DNA of 64,000 bases from an uncultured Thermoprotei archaeon. GTDB taxonomy: Archaea; Thermoproteota; Thermoprotei; Thermofilales; B15-G2. Position numbers and translations under genes: made by a program. Of the stretch, positions 49,520 through 59,252 are shown one piece after another (the stretch's first letter is position 1; every line of letters begins with the position of its first letter). The notes beneath the pieces are model-generated. The model made no database searches, was not told where the DNA came from, and saw nothing but the letters and a program-made list of their open reading frames with translations. The DNA lies in the NCBI GenBank assembly GCA_965367815.1, contig CBDUKN010000003.1, positions 32,001 to 96,000 of the forward strand, given 5' to 3'.

Positions 49520-49750
49520 ATGAGAAAGTATTCTACAATATCTATTCCTGTAGAAGTAAAAAGAGTCTTGGAGAAAGATAAAGGTAAGGAGAGCTGGGGA
49601 GAATACCTTATGAAACTATATAATGACTCCCGCATATACAGGAAAAAGAAGGCATTTCAAGAGCTCGTCAAGCTACTTGACGAAGAAGACTTAAGAAACA
49701 TTGAAATAGAGAGTAAAAAGTTTAGAGAGAACTTTAAGCTTCGAACATGA
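49520..49750 (+). CDS. vapB: VapB-type antitoxin
   Basis: YSTISIPVEVKRVLE...SWGEYL; overlaps the PIN start (ATGA). Confidence 0.85.
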   Translation: MRKYSTISIPVEVKRVLEKDKGKESWGEYLMKLYNDSRIYRKKKAFQELVKLLDEEDLRNIEIESKKFRENFKLRT

Positions 49751-50097
49751 TTTACGATACAAGTATAGTAATAGAAATGATACGTAGGAATAGATTTGCA
49801 GAAGGCAGTATTTCTGTTTTAACTTTAATTGAGGTATTAAGGGGAGTTAAGTCTAGTAAAAGAGAAAAAACTAAAAAACTTTTAGAGGAAATATTTGATA
49901 TATATTATTTGGATAATGAAATTATTTTAAAATATTGTGAATTATATAATTTTCTAAAGAAAGAAGGCAAATTAATACCAGATGCAGACCTAATAATAGC
50001 GGCTACAGCATTAACATACGGAGAAGAATTGATTACAAAAGATAAACACTTTTTAGTACTTGAAAAAGCGGGCCTGAGAGTAACAGTTTTAGATTGA
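49747..50097 (+). CDS. vapC: PIN-domain toxin (VapC)
   Basis: IYDTSIVI, SVLTLIE, DADLIIAATA, LITKD.HF. Confidence 0.92.
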   Translation: MIYDTSIVIEMIRRNRFAEGSISVLTLIEVLRGVKSSKREKTKKLLEEIFDIYYLDNEIILKYCELYNFLKKEGKLIPDADLIIAATALTYGEELITKDKHFLVLEKAGLRVTVLD

Positions 50098-51534
50098 GTT
50101 CTTTTCACATAATTCCTTAAAGCTCTCTAAGTATTCTTCAACATACTTATCGTCAATACTAAGTCTCTTTACTTCAATACTTTCAAGCTGAGGCAGTTCT
50201 ACATCGAGGTCTTTTAAGCTCTTATCCTCCAGAGCAGCTTTGCCTACGAGTGCGGCTCCGAGGCTAGTTGCTTCAGTGTACTTGTAGTACACTATAGTAT
50301 TGTAGGGCATTAGCGTAGCTAAATACCTTAAGTAGTGGGGATTCTTGGCGAAACCTCCTTGAACAAGTATTCTTAAGCCCTTTTTGCCTCGAGTAAGCAG
50401 ACTTAAAGCAAAGTATGTCTGCGCAGCCAAAGACAAGTTGAGCACATGGTATGCTGTCGCAGGATCTCTGAAGAACTCTTTTTCCTTTACTATTCTACCT
50501 TTAGAGCAAGGGAACTGGCCAGTACCAGGAGTGAGAGTCGGCACAACATAAGCTGTTTGTTCCTTAATGATTTTAACTGCAAGCTTCTCGTCAAAAGGTA
50601 TTTTGAGAGGATCTACGTTAAACCTTTTCCTAGTAATGTTAATGTAGTATTCGAATTCGTAGCCACACTTAAATCTCGCCGACTTAATGGGTCTACCATA
50701 AACATCAATGTAGTACAATATATCCCGATAAACGTCTTCTTTAGCTGGAGAATATTCTGCGCTAGGGTACATGAAAACACACCATGTTCCAGTAGAAGCT
50801 AACACGAATTCCTTTTTCTCGGCGAGAAGGAAAGGTACGAGAGACGCGTTAGAGTCATGTATTCCTGCCGCGACTTTAACTCCCTTATATTTGCCAATAC
50901 AGTCCCAGACGTTGTAGAAAGGCGGAGATTTCTCCGGGACATCTAGGCCTTTAGCTACAATACTCCAGTCTTTATCTACTATATCGTAGAGATATGTGTG
51001 GCAGCCAACTGAAGTTATTTCAGTAGCTTTACCTCCACTCAAAATAAATGAAAAGTATTCTGGAAGAAACAGAATAGTCTTCGTTTTCTCGTAGACTTCA
51101 GGGAACTCGTTTTTAATCCAGTAAAGCTGAAGACCAACATTCAGCAACTGGCCTAGAGGAGGAGTTCCTGTACGTACGTAAAGTTCTTCAGGCGAACCGT
51201 ATTCCTCGAAGAACTTCTGCCTTACCTCGGGTTCTATTTCCTGATTATATGATACAACAGGGAATGCAAGCTTATCTTCAGCATCAAGAAGAACTACTGT
51301 AGCACCGAAAGTCGTGAAAACAATCGAACCTATGTTAAACCTGCTCAAAGCACTATCTAGTACAGAAAGCACCCACGAATTAATTGCATCAACATCGTCA
51401 CAGATTATGCCGTTAGTTTTCTTTTCCTCTATTTTAGTAGAAGTAGTGTATGCGACATTCAGCTCCTCGTCAAAAACAGTGAACTTCTTGTTAGTTTTAC
51501 CAATATCGAAGACAGCTATATTCTTTCCAACCAT
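50089..51534 (-). CDS. FGGY family carbohydrate kinase
   Basis: FDIGKTNKK, GIHDSNAS, STGTW, QGGF, EATSLGAA. Confidence 0.88.
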   Translation of the reverse strand: MVGKNIAVFDIGKTNKKFTVFDEELNVAYTTSTKIEEKKTNGIICDDVDAINSWVLSVLDSALSRFNIGSIVFTTFGATVVLLDAEDKLAFPVVSYNQEIEPEVRQKFFEEYGSPEELYVRTGTPPLGQLLNVGLQLYWIKNEFPEVYEKTKTILFLPEYFSFILSGGKATEITSVGCHTYLYDIVDKDWSIVAKGLDVPEKSPPFYNVWDCIGKYKGVKVAAGIHDSNASLVPFLLAEKKEFVLASTGTWCVFMYPSAEYSPAKEDVYRDILYYIDVYGRPIKSARFKCGYEFEYYINITRKRFNVDPLKIPFDEKLAVKIIKEQTAYVVPTLTPGTGQFPCSKGRIVKEKEFFRDPATAYHVLNLSLAAQTYFALSLLTRGKKGLRILVQGGFAKNPHYLRYLATLMPYNTIVYYKYTEATSLGAALVGKAALEDKSLKDLDVELPQLESIEVKRLSIDDKYVEEYLESFKELCEKNSI

Positions 51535-51684
51535 AGGCCTCTATCTATAATACATTCTAGGAAATAAATCCCTTAAACAAGAAACTGAAAGCATGTTAAG
51601 CAATAAATATGTTAATCTATGAGAATTTTTACTGAGTTTATCATCAATAAAGCTAGTTTTAAGAGATAATACATATCTGTTATA

Positions 51685-51961
51685 GTGTTTTATAGTAGCC
51701 ATTGTTCTACTTACACAAGTTTCAGGGACCAGTAAGTTTAAAATATAGTGTTTCAGCTTACTCGGAAAATTCATTTCAGTTCTTGCTACAGTGTTTTCAG
51801 GAATAGAGGCGATACTTTATACATTCCCTGAAACAACAGTAGACAGGCCGCTGATAATATACGCTAAACTAAGATACGAAGTCCTAGCAATACCAGTAGT
51901 AATTATTGTAATAGCTATTGCTGCAGTAGTTCTTTTAGTAAGGAAGAGAAAACAAGTGTAA
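51685..51961 (+). pseudogene. Collapsed remnant of a membrane-anchored surface protein
   Basis: Signal-like MFIVAIVLLTQVSG, a stop, then ...TVDRPLIIYAKLRYE, a TM helix and RKRKQV*. Confidence 0.4.
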
Positions 51962-52149
51962 TACTAGTTAATCTAATTAAATTTATTCATATTTTTATTT
52001 CTACTAACATATAGCCTAGCTACGTGCAAAGAAATTACTAAAATAGTATAAGTGCTTATTTCTGTTTCTTTATTAAGGATTATATAGTGAAAACTATTCG
52101 AAATATTAAATATTTAAGAAAGTAGCGTTCTCTAATTGAAAGAATAGAG

Positions 52150-53010
52150 TTACTTTAGTCTTTTGATAAGCCTGTATTCTACTCCAGTTACTTTAAATCC
52201 AACATTAATTAATGTTGATATGAAAGCTTCTTTAGTTGAGTCTACTGGAATTACTATACTTTTAATTCTCCACTTATGTGAACATATTTTGAGGCCTTCG
52301 AGGAGAGCGCTTAGAGCTTCTTTTGGACACTGATAAGGTAAGGCAAGGTAGTCTATTACTGTAATAGTATCTGGCTCAAATTCCATTAATCCCTTAAATC
52401 TTCTCTTCTTGTAGACTGCTAGTATCTTCTCGTTTTTTATTCTACTGTATATCTGTGAATCAGCTTCCTCCGTTATAAGAGACCACCAGACTGAAGGCTT
52501 AGCTTTAATTCTAGCACGTAGCTTTGATGCCTTACTCGAGTCAATTAACTTTACTTTAAACTCTGTGTTCTGCGAAAACTTTACTTTACTCAAGTCTAGT
52601 GATAAGAGCAGTACTACGCCCTTAATACTGTACTTTTGTTTCAGATAAAAGCCTAGTGCACTCGTATTGCCTGATTTTACGCTAAGCTCTACTTTCTCTG
52701 CTCCAGCTTTCTTAGCCTTATTTTCAAATGCTCTAAGGAGACTAGAGCCTAGACCTAGTCCACGGTACTGAGGGTGCACTGCCAAGGCCTCTACATAGCT
52801 TTCCTTTTTATTCAAGTATCCTAAGAGAAATCCTGCTACTTTACTGCCTACAGCAGCTACAAGGAGCACTATGTTCTTTGGCTTTGATTCAAGTAAAGCC
52901 TGAAACCACACAGGATCTTCTTCATCCAGTTCTCTCAGGCTATAATTGTAGACGGCAAGAATATCGCTTAAGTCTCTTAACTGGGCTTCTCTAATATAAA
53001 TACTGTTTAT
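52150..53010 (-). CDS. GNAT acetyltransferase (probably tandem domains); start unresolved
   Basis: LAVHPQYRGLGLGSSLL, N.SALGFY; frame open upstream of the listed start to 53010 (IYIREAQLRDL). Confidence 0.82.
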   Translation of the reverse strand: MNSIYIREAQLRDLSDILAVYNYSLRELDEEDPVWFQALLESKPKNIVLLVAAVGSKVAGFLLGYLNKKESYVEALAVHPQYRGLGLGSSLLRAFENKAKKAGAEKVELSVKSGNTSALGFYLKQKYSIKGVVLLLSLDLSKVKFSQNTEFKVKLIDSSKASKLRARIKAKPSVWWSLITEEADSQIYSRIKNEKILAVYKKRRFKGLMEFEPDTITVIDYLALPYQCPKEALSALLEGLKICSHKWRIKSIVIPVDSTKEAFISTLINVGFKVTGVEYRLIKRLK

Positions 53011-53165
53011 TCAAGAGGCTTTACATGCCATAATCTCGGCTCGCCTAAGGCTACAGCTACCCTAAATATATTATTTTCGCACAATAATTGTTTCAGTATT
53101 AGGGAAAATATAATAAGGAAGCTTCTGCACTAGAAGACTGCACTTTCAGGTGCAGATGAAGTAGA

Positions 53166-53576
53166 ATGGGTAGTAGCGAGTTAATAAAAGTAAGAGACTT
53201 AATGCCTAATTCTAAGCATGTAAATATTCGAGTAAAAGTATTGAGCGTAGGAGAAGAGAGAAGCGTAATATCTAGATTTGATGGATCTGAACATAGGGTA
53301 GCTGAAGCTCTTGTAGGAGACGAGACTGGAGTAATTTTACTCACTCTCTGGAACGACAACATTGACTTAATTAGAGAAAAAGAAGACTCTACGATTATAA
53401 TCAGAAACGGCTACATATCGATATTCAGGAACACAATGCGCCTTAACTTGGGGCGGAGAGGAACAGTAGAAGACAGCGACGTCGAAATAGAAGAAGTCAA
53501 TACGGACAACAACTTATCTGAGCAAGTAATACCCGGCAGACCCAGATTCCAGAGAAGACGCAACAGACGAAGATAG
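53166..53576 (+). CDS. ssb: Single-stranded DNA-binding protein, crenarchaeal single OB fold
   Basis: KVRDL.P, VNIRVKV, EALVGDETG...TLWN; Arg-rich tail. Confidence 0.88.
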   Translation: MGSSELIKVRDLMPNSKHVNIRVKVLSVGEERSVISRFDGSEHRVAEALVGDETGVILLTLWNDNIDLIREKEDSTIIIRNGYISIFRNTMRLNLGRRGTVEDSDVEIEEVNTDNNLSEQVIPGRPRFQRRRNRRR

Positions 53577-53721
53577 CAGTAAAACATTCCTATTCAAAGT
53601 TTCATTAACATTTTTTACTAAATATGTTTTGCTTTAAAGACAGTTTACTGCTATTAAATACTTTATAAGAGAGATAAGTTTATAAGCAAGAGTTTCCCTA
53701 AAGGTTATACAAAGTGGTAGC

Positions 53722-54099
53722 ATGGGGGAAGACAACTTAGTAAAAATAAAAGACCTAAAACCATATGCTAGAAACGTAAATGTTCGAGTAAAGATAGTGA
53801 GAGTAGGTGAAGAAAGAAAGGTTATATCAAGGTTTGATAGAGCTCAGCACAGGCTAGCAGAAGCATTAGTAGGCGATGAAACAGGCTCGATAATATTAAC
53901 TTTGTGGAATGAGGCAATAGACTTAGTTAGAGAAAAGGAAAATACAACAGTAGTGATTAAAAATGGTTTCGTATCGGTATTCAGGAACTTTATGAGACTT
54001 AATTTAGGAAAAAAGGGCAGAATAGAAGACAGCGACACTGAAATAGAAGAAGTCAACATAAAAAATAATTTATCTGATAGATGCGTAAGAAGATACTAG
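53722..54099 (+). CDS. ssb: Single-stranded DNA-binding protein paralog
   Basis: Same OB motifs as the upstream copy; short tail. Confidence 0.85.
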   Translation: MGEDNLVKIKDLKPYARNVNVRVKIVRVGEERKVISRFDRAQHRLAEALVGDETGSIILTLWNEAIDLVREKENTTVVIKNGFVSVFRNFMRLNLGKKGRIEDSDTEIEEVNIKNNLSDRCVRRY

Positions 54100-54476
54100 C
54101 ATTTAAATAGCTTTGAAAAAACTTCAATAAAATACTTTATTTTATTCACATCAGCTTCATATATTCTCATTCTGGCTCTAGAAGAAACTTTAACTAATCC
54201 GCATTCCTTCAGTCTGGCTAAATGATGGGAAACTAGAGTGATGTCGAGTTTAGTCAAGTAAGATAATACGCAGACGCAGTGAGGCTTACGTAAAAGAAGA
54301 AGTAGCTTAAGTCTAATAGGATTAGCTAAGCACTTAAATACTGAAACAAGGTACTCTACGTCTTCATCTGAAACAACTTCAATTTTTTCACTTAATCGAC
54401 CTTGTTCACTATAAAACTCGAATACTTCTTCGGGAGCATTCATTTTCTCGAGAACATCCTTTAGTTTCATAGCCAA
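54096..54476 (-). CDS. ArsR/SmtB family transcriptional regulator
   Basis: FKCLANPIRLKLL, CVCVL, VSHHLARLKECGLV. Confidence 0.92.
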   Translation of the reverse strand: MAMKLKDVLEKMNAPEEVFEFYSEQGRLSEKIEVVSDEDVEYLVSVFKCLANPIRLKLLLLLRKPHCVCVLSYLTKLDITLVSHHLARLKECGLVKVSSRARMRIYEADVNKIKYFIEVFSKLFKC

Positions 54477-54561
54477 CTACCCATTACTATAGCAAGCTAA
54501 TGAAAATAAGCGTTAGGCGGCGAGAGGTAGGTTTATATACTTCATTTGAAAAAAGTTTCAA

Positions 54562-55374
54562 ATGATCTCTATGGACCCCATACTCTACTGGATTTACGTA
54601 CTGCTAACAGCACTAATACCCGGGTTCCTTGCAACATGGCTCGGAGTCGGGGGATGTTTCCTCAGAATACCAATGATAATGTACTTCTTCGGAGTCTCAA
54701 TAAAAGAAGCCTACTGCATAAACCAAGCAGTAATAGCTTTAACAACAATACCCGGCGTAATAGTCCACTACAAACACAAATATGTCTACAAGAAGGGTCT
54801 AGTAGTCGCAGCAGCGGCAGCCTGCCTAGGAGTAGCTCTAGGAGCATATGTAGTAGCAAAATACGTTCCACGACTAGTACTCCGCGTAATTTTCGGCACC
54901 GCGTGCACATTCATAGGAATATATGTTTTCTACAATACTTTAAAGAAGAAAGCTAAATTAAAGAAAGCTATAAGCGTAGAAGAAGTCGGGAGCCTCCTAG
55001 AACACGGAGCAAAGCTCTTTACACTAATGTTTCTAGCGGGCTTCGCTACAGGAATTTGCGGCTTCGGCGGAGGAATATACTACGTGCCAGCATTCATGGG
55101 CCTAGGCTACCCAACACACATAGCTGTGGGCACATCGAGTGCAGAAATGATATTTACGGCAGGCCTAGGATCAAGCATACTAACATACTATGGATTCATG
55201 AACATACCATTATTTCTCAGCATAGGAATACCTACACTAATAGCATCATACTTGGGAGCCAAAATGGCTAAAAAATCTCCACCATATGTACTTAGATTAG
55301 TTTACGCTATACTAATAAGCTTAGTAGGACTCTATGTTGCTGTAAATGCGCTTATAGCATTGAAAATAATGTAG
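54562..55374 (+). CDS. TauE/SafE (TSUP) family transporter
   Basis: GVGGC...P, GFGGG.YYVP, AVGTS; two repeated halves. Confidence 0.9.
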   Translation: MISMDPILYWIYVLLTALIPGFLATWLGVGGCFLRIPMIMYFFGVSIKEAYCINQAVIALTTIPGVIVHYKHKYVYKKGLVVAAAAACLGVALGAYVVAKYVPRLVLRVIFGTACTFIGIYVFYNTLKKKAKLKKAISVEEVGSLLEHGAKLFTLMFLAGFATGICGFGGGIYYVPAFMGLGYPTHIAVGTSSAEMIFTAGLGSSILTYYGFMNIPLFLSIGIPTLIASYLGAKMAKKSPPYVLRLVYAILISLVGLYVAVNALIALKIM

Positions 55375-55479
55375 AGCATATAGGTGTCCCGTTTTCAATA
55401 AATTTTATAGCATTTTTAATACATTATTTAGTCCTAAACTCTTCAAGTAGTTATATATCTGCTTAAGTAATGTTTAGCT

Positions 55480-56559
55480 GTGTATAGTGATCCTAAGTTT
55501 ATTAGAGAGAACTATTTGAGGACTATTGAGTTTAGAGAGCCTTGGTTTATTCCCTGTGGCGTTTACGCTCTTCAAGCTACTTGGGCTAAGTACCGCGAGA
55601 AACTCGAGGAGATATTTCTGCGTCATCCTAAGCTTTTTCCGTGGTTCAAGAAAGGGTCTGTTAAGTTCAATGACTTCGGTATTAGGAGGAAAGGCAATAT
55701 TTATGTAGATGAGTGGGGCTGTGTCTGGAAGTTTTCTGCTGACGGTATGCAGGGCCAGGTTGTCGAGCACCCTCTGAGAGACTGGAGTAAGCTGAAGGAA
55801 CTTAAAGTTCCTGACCCGGATAAAGGCTTGCCTGTAGAAGGAGAACCTTTTGTTCCATGGGATAAGGTTGAAGAGGGCGTTAGGAGGACTAAGGAGAGAG
55901 GAGCACTTGCTGTAGTAGGTGTAGGTCACGGCTTCTTTTTCCAGCGGCTCTACTACTTGAGGGGCTTCGCTAACCTCATGGTGGATTTCATTAAGGAGCC
56001 TCCTGAGCTGCAGGAACTCATAGATATCTTGACGGAATATAACCTGGAGATAGTTAAGCGTATTGTTAAAATGGGTGTAGATGTAGTTACCTTCGGAGAC
56101 GACTTAGGGCTACAGAACCGTATGCCTATAAGCCCTAAGACCTTCAGAAAGTACATTTTCCCTGCATACAAGAAGATTTTCGGCTACGTTAGATCTCATG
56201 GAGCACACGTATACCTCCACACAGATGGCCACGTTATGGAAGTTGTAGACCAGTTAATAGAGGCAGGAGTCTCAGTGTTGAACATACAGGATAGAGTAAA
56301 CGGTATTAAGAATATTAAAAAGAAGTGTAAAGGTAGAGTATGCATAGACCTAGATATCGATAGACAGCATCTTCTTCCCTTCGCAACACCGGAGGAAATT
56401 AAGCAGCACATCGAGTACGCTGTAAGAGAACTTGGCTCAAGGAAAGGAGGACTAATGTTCAAAGCAGAAATAGGGCCGGATGTACCACTAAAAAACGCTG
56501 AAGCAGTCTGCAAAACGCTAGAGGAAATAATGGAGAAGGTTCGGGAACTGCCCTACTAA
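55480..56559 (+). CDS. Uroporphyrinogen decarboxylase/MtaA-like family protein
   Basis: DEWGCVW, LRGF.N, FGDDLG.Q, LHTDG, GGLMF. Confidence 0.85.
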   Translation: MYSDPKFIRENYLRTIEFREPWFIPCGVYALQATWAKYREKLEEIFLRHPKLFPWFKKGSVKFNDFGIRRKGNIYVDEWGCVWKFSADGMQGQVVEHPLRDWSKLKELKVPDPDKGLPVEGEPFVPWDKVEEGVRRTKERGALAVVGVGHGFFFQRLYYLRGFANLMVDFIKEPPELQELIDILTEYNLEIVKRIVKMGVDVVTFGDDLGLQNRMPISPKTFRKYIFPAYKKIFGYVRSHGAHVYLHTDGHVMEVVDQLIEAGVSVLNIQDRVNGIKNIKKKCKGRVCIDLDIDRQHLLPFATPEEIKQHIEYAVRELGSRKGGLMFKAEIGPDVPLKNAEAVCKTLEEIMEKVRELPY

Positions 56560-56610
56560 ACAATTTAGCAAAACTTTATTTACCGACAAATATATTACTT
56601 TCCTTAGAAT

Positions 56611-56815
56611 ATGCACACAGTAAAACTTGAAGAATTATTAAAGGAAATTAGGGAAGTGAACGAGAGACTTAAAAGAATAGAAATGATGCTGGAAGAGCGA
56701 TTGATAGGATTAGATGAGCCTTTGCCCGATGAATTAGAAGAAATAAAAAATACGGAAATGAGAAAAATCAGGAAAACTTGAGCTTATATCATTAGAAGAA
56801 GTAGTCAAGAAGTGA
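56611..56815 (+). pseudogene. Frameshifted antitoxin of a RelE/ParE module
   Basis: LLKEIREVNERLKRIE...EPLPDELEEIK then frameshifts in A-runs, ending ISLEEV. Confidence 0.6.
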
Positions 56816-56820
56816 GAAAA

Positions 56821-57084
56821 TTGCATAGATATAGTATATTTTTAACAAAGCGTGCGCTTAGACAGCTAAATAAACTAGATAGTAAAATTAAGAATAGAAT
56901 TTTGCAAACATTAAAAATATTGAAGAATTATGTTTTTTTCTCAACTAGATATAAAGAAGCTTAAAGGATTTAAAAAATACCATAGAATAAGAATAGGCGA
57001 CTATCCTATTTTATTTGAATTACAAAAACCTAGTACTATTATACTTTATGCTATTTTACACAGAAAATGGTCTATAAGCATTAA
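56821..57084 (+). pseudogene. RelE/ParE toxin pseudogene
   Basis: LTKRALRQLNKLD..IKNRI / DIKKLKG / RIRIGDY fragments in different frames. Confidence 0.75.
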
Positions 57085-57153
57085 TGTAGTATTGTCTTAA
57101 AATTATTTAATTAAAATGAGTAAATTTTAAAAAGACTTTTAATTTATTTTCTT

Positions 57154-58728
57154 TTACCTTTCTATTATTGGTAGTCTCTCATGAAGTTTTGGCACATGTA
57201 TTAATTCTATTAGCATTTCTTTTCCAGGTACTCCTAGTCCTATTGGCGGGTTTTCTTCAAGGAACTTTTCTGCTGCCTGTAGTTTTGTCGAGTACTCTGA
57301 GTATACTGTAAGGAGAGGGTCTCCTTTCCTTACAGTATCTCCTAGTTTAGCATGTAACAGTATTCCTGCTCCCTTATCTTTTGGCGCTCCAGCAAGCCTA
57401 GCTGTATTTGCGATAAGCTTATTGTTTATCCAAACTACTATTCCGTCTCGCTCCGCGTAAAGCTTATACGTGTATTCTCCTACTTCGATGTCATCTGGTG
57501 TTACATTAGGATCTCCTCCCTGCGCCTCAATTATTTCTCTTAACTTTGAGAGAGCTTTTCCTTTACGGACTGCTTCGAGTGCTACTTGTTTGCCGTTCTC
57601 TACTCCTACTGTTTCGAGAAGAGCTCCAGCTATGCTTGTGGCTTTGTCTAAGAGGTCTACTGGTCCTCTACCCATTAGCGTTAATAGAGCTTCTCTTGCT
57701 TCAAGCGCTGGACCAGCCGCGTAGCCTATTGGCTGTTCTCCGAAAGTAATAGCGCAGGCTACTTTCATTCCGAGCTTAGAGCCTACTTCCATCATTTCCT
57801 TAGCTAAGTCATGTGCTTCGCCTATCGTCTTCACTTTAGCTCCTCTTCCTGTCGGAATATCTATGATAACGTGTGTAGAGCCCACTGCTTTCTTCTTAGC
57901 CATAATTGAGGGTATTAAGAAGGGGTCTATTGAGAGAGGATACTCCACTCTAATGATTTTGTCGTCTGCTGGAGCCATGCTGAGCGCTCCTCCCCAAACA
58001 AGGCAGCCATTAGTCTTCAGCACTACTTCTTTCATTTCCTCAAGCGTGAGCGTAACAGGCATTAGTACCTCTGCTCTATCAGCGGTACCAGCTGGGCTAG
58101 TTATAGCTCTTGAACTAGTCTTAGGTATAGTGTAGCCTAAAGAAGCAATAATCGGAACCGCTATTAAAGAAGTCTTATCTCCCGGTACGCCACCTATGCT
58201 ATGTTTATCTAAAATGGGTTTTCTGTTTAATTCTAGTCTTTCTCCAGTCTCGACCATTGCCAGCGAGAAGTAATATGCTTCATCGATACTTAGTTTCCTC
58301 AAGTAAGCTGCTGTCACTAGCGCAGTGAGCTCAACTTCACTTATTTTGTCTTCAACAATATCTTTCACTATAGCTTTTATTTCTCTGTAGCCGAGCTTAG
58401 CTCCACGCAGATAGTCTCTAATATAGCGAATAGACTCGGGAGCCAGCGCAGGCTTGACTTCAACTATATCTTCTTCCTCAACACCAATAGTTTTCACCAC
58501 TTCGTCGCTCACTAAAACAAGATCTCTAGGAATCTGCAAAGCAACACTCACTAAAGCTACCACTTCTTTACCTCTGTAGCTGAGAAGAACTCTCTCGTGA
58601 GGCCTGACTCCAAGGCTAGAAGCGGTTTCATCGTCGATAACTACTGTAGGCTTACCGCTCGAAAAATTAAGTCTCTTCACTTTCAGTTTCACTCCCACCA
58701 CCTCGACAGTAACATATATATGGTACAA
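57154..58728 (-). CDS. AMP phosphorylase (thymidine phosphorylase family)
   Basis: N-terminal barrel extension, DKHSIGGVPGDK, KTSSRAITSPAGTAD, AGAPKDKGAG; start probably ~10 codons downstream. Confidence 0.93.
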   Translation of the reverse strand: MYHIYVTVEVVGVKLKVKRLNFSSGKPTVVIDDETASSLGVRPHERVLLSYRGKEVVALVSVALQIPRDLVLVSDEVVKTIGVEEEDIVEVKPALAPESIRYIRDYLRGAKLGYREIKAIVKDIVEDKISEVELTALVTAAYLRKLSIDEAYYFSLAMVETGERLELNRKPILDKHSIGGVPGDKTSLIAVPIIASLGYTIPKTSSRAITSPAGTADRAEVLMPVTLTLEEMKEVVLKTNGCLVWGGALSMAPADDKIIRVEYPLSIDPFLIPSIMAKKKAVGSTHVIIDIPTGRGAKVKTIGEAHDLAKEMMEVGSKLGMKVACAITFGEQPIGYAAGPALEAREALLTLMGRGPVDLLDKATSIAGALLETVGVENGKQVALEAVRKGKALSKLREIIEAQGGDPNVTPDDIEVGEYTYKLYAERDGIVVWINNKLIANTARLAGAPKDKGAGILLHAKLGDTVRKGDPLLTVYSEYSTKLQAAEKFLEENPPIGLGVPGKEMLIELIHVPKLHERLPIIER

Positions 58729-58759
58729 GAAGAAAAATAAACTATTCTATAGAATAGAC

Positions 58760-59055
58760 TCGTTAACGCGGCTCTAGTAAAATTTAACGTTAATCTAGCA
58801 GTCTATATGAGTGGAACAATTGCTTCTGTTCTCATAGGCTTAGTCTACTACTCACCTACAGTATACTTTATTTCGAGAAAGAGGCTGAGACGCTTCGGTA
58901 AAAGAAATGTTATGAAAATAGACTTAACCACATTAAGCATACTGGCAGAATGTATTGTAGCTCAGCTGGTAGGCTTATCAGTTATGGCTACTTCAGCCTG
59001 TGTTCCCATGGTAAATAGCTTTAACTGCGTGCCCAGCTACAATAGTAATCGATAG
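58760..59055 (+). pseudogene. Truncated membrane-tail fragment (CFI-box-CTERM-like)
   Basis: FNVNLAVYMSGTIASVLIGLVYYSP resembles the TM tail of CFI-box-CTERM proteins; no upstream body. Confidence 0.35.
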
Positions 59056-59252
59056 CATAGTAAAAAGTCGACAAAATATTAAATGAATTTCTTTAAGAAA
59101 TATTTTTACACCAAGGCATAAAATGTTCTGTTAACAGTAAGTATTATGTCGAGCTGGCTCATGTAAAAATTAATTTAAGTAATTACATGAAAATTCTCCA
59201 GATTTTAAGCGAAAATTTTATATATTTTCTAATCGTTGTTGAGGAAGGCTTC

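Noticed and set aside
53011-53013. Selenocysteine recoding of the in-frame TGA
   Set aside because: Not at a catalytic position, no SECIS recognised and no Sec machinery in the window
54546-55271. Alternative-frame and antisense ORFs (54546-54956, 54662-54910, 55056-55271, and similar ones such as 9620-10114, 23009-23410, 35941-36339, 37138-37575)
   Set aside because: Shadow ORFs overlapping well-supported genes, with Ser/Thr-biased composition
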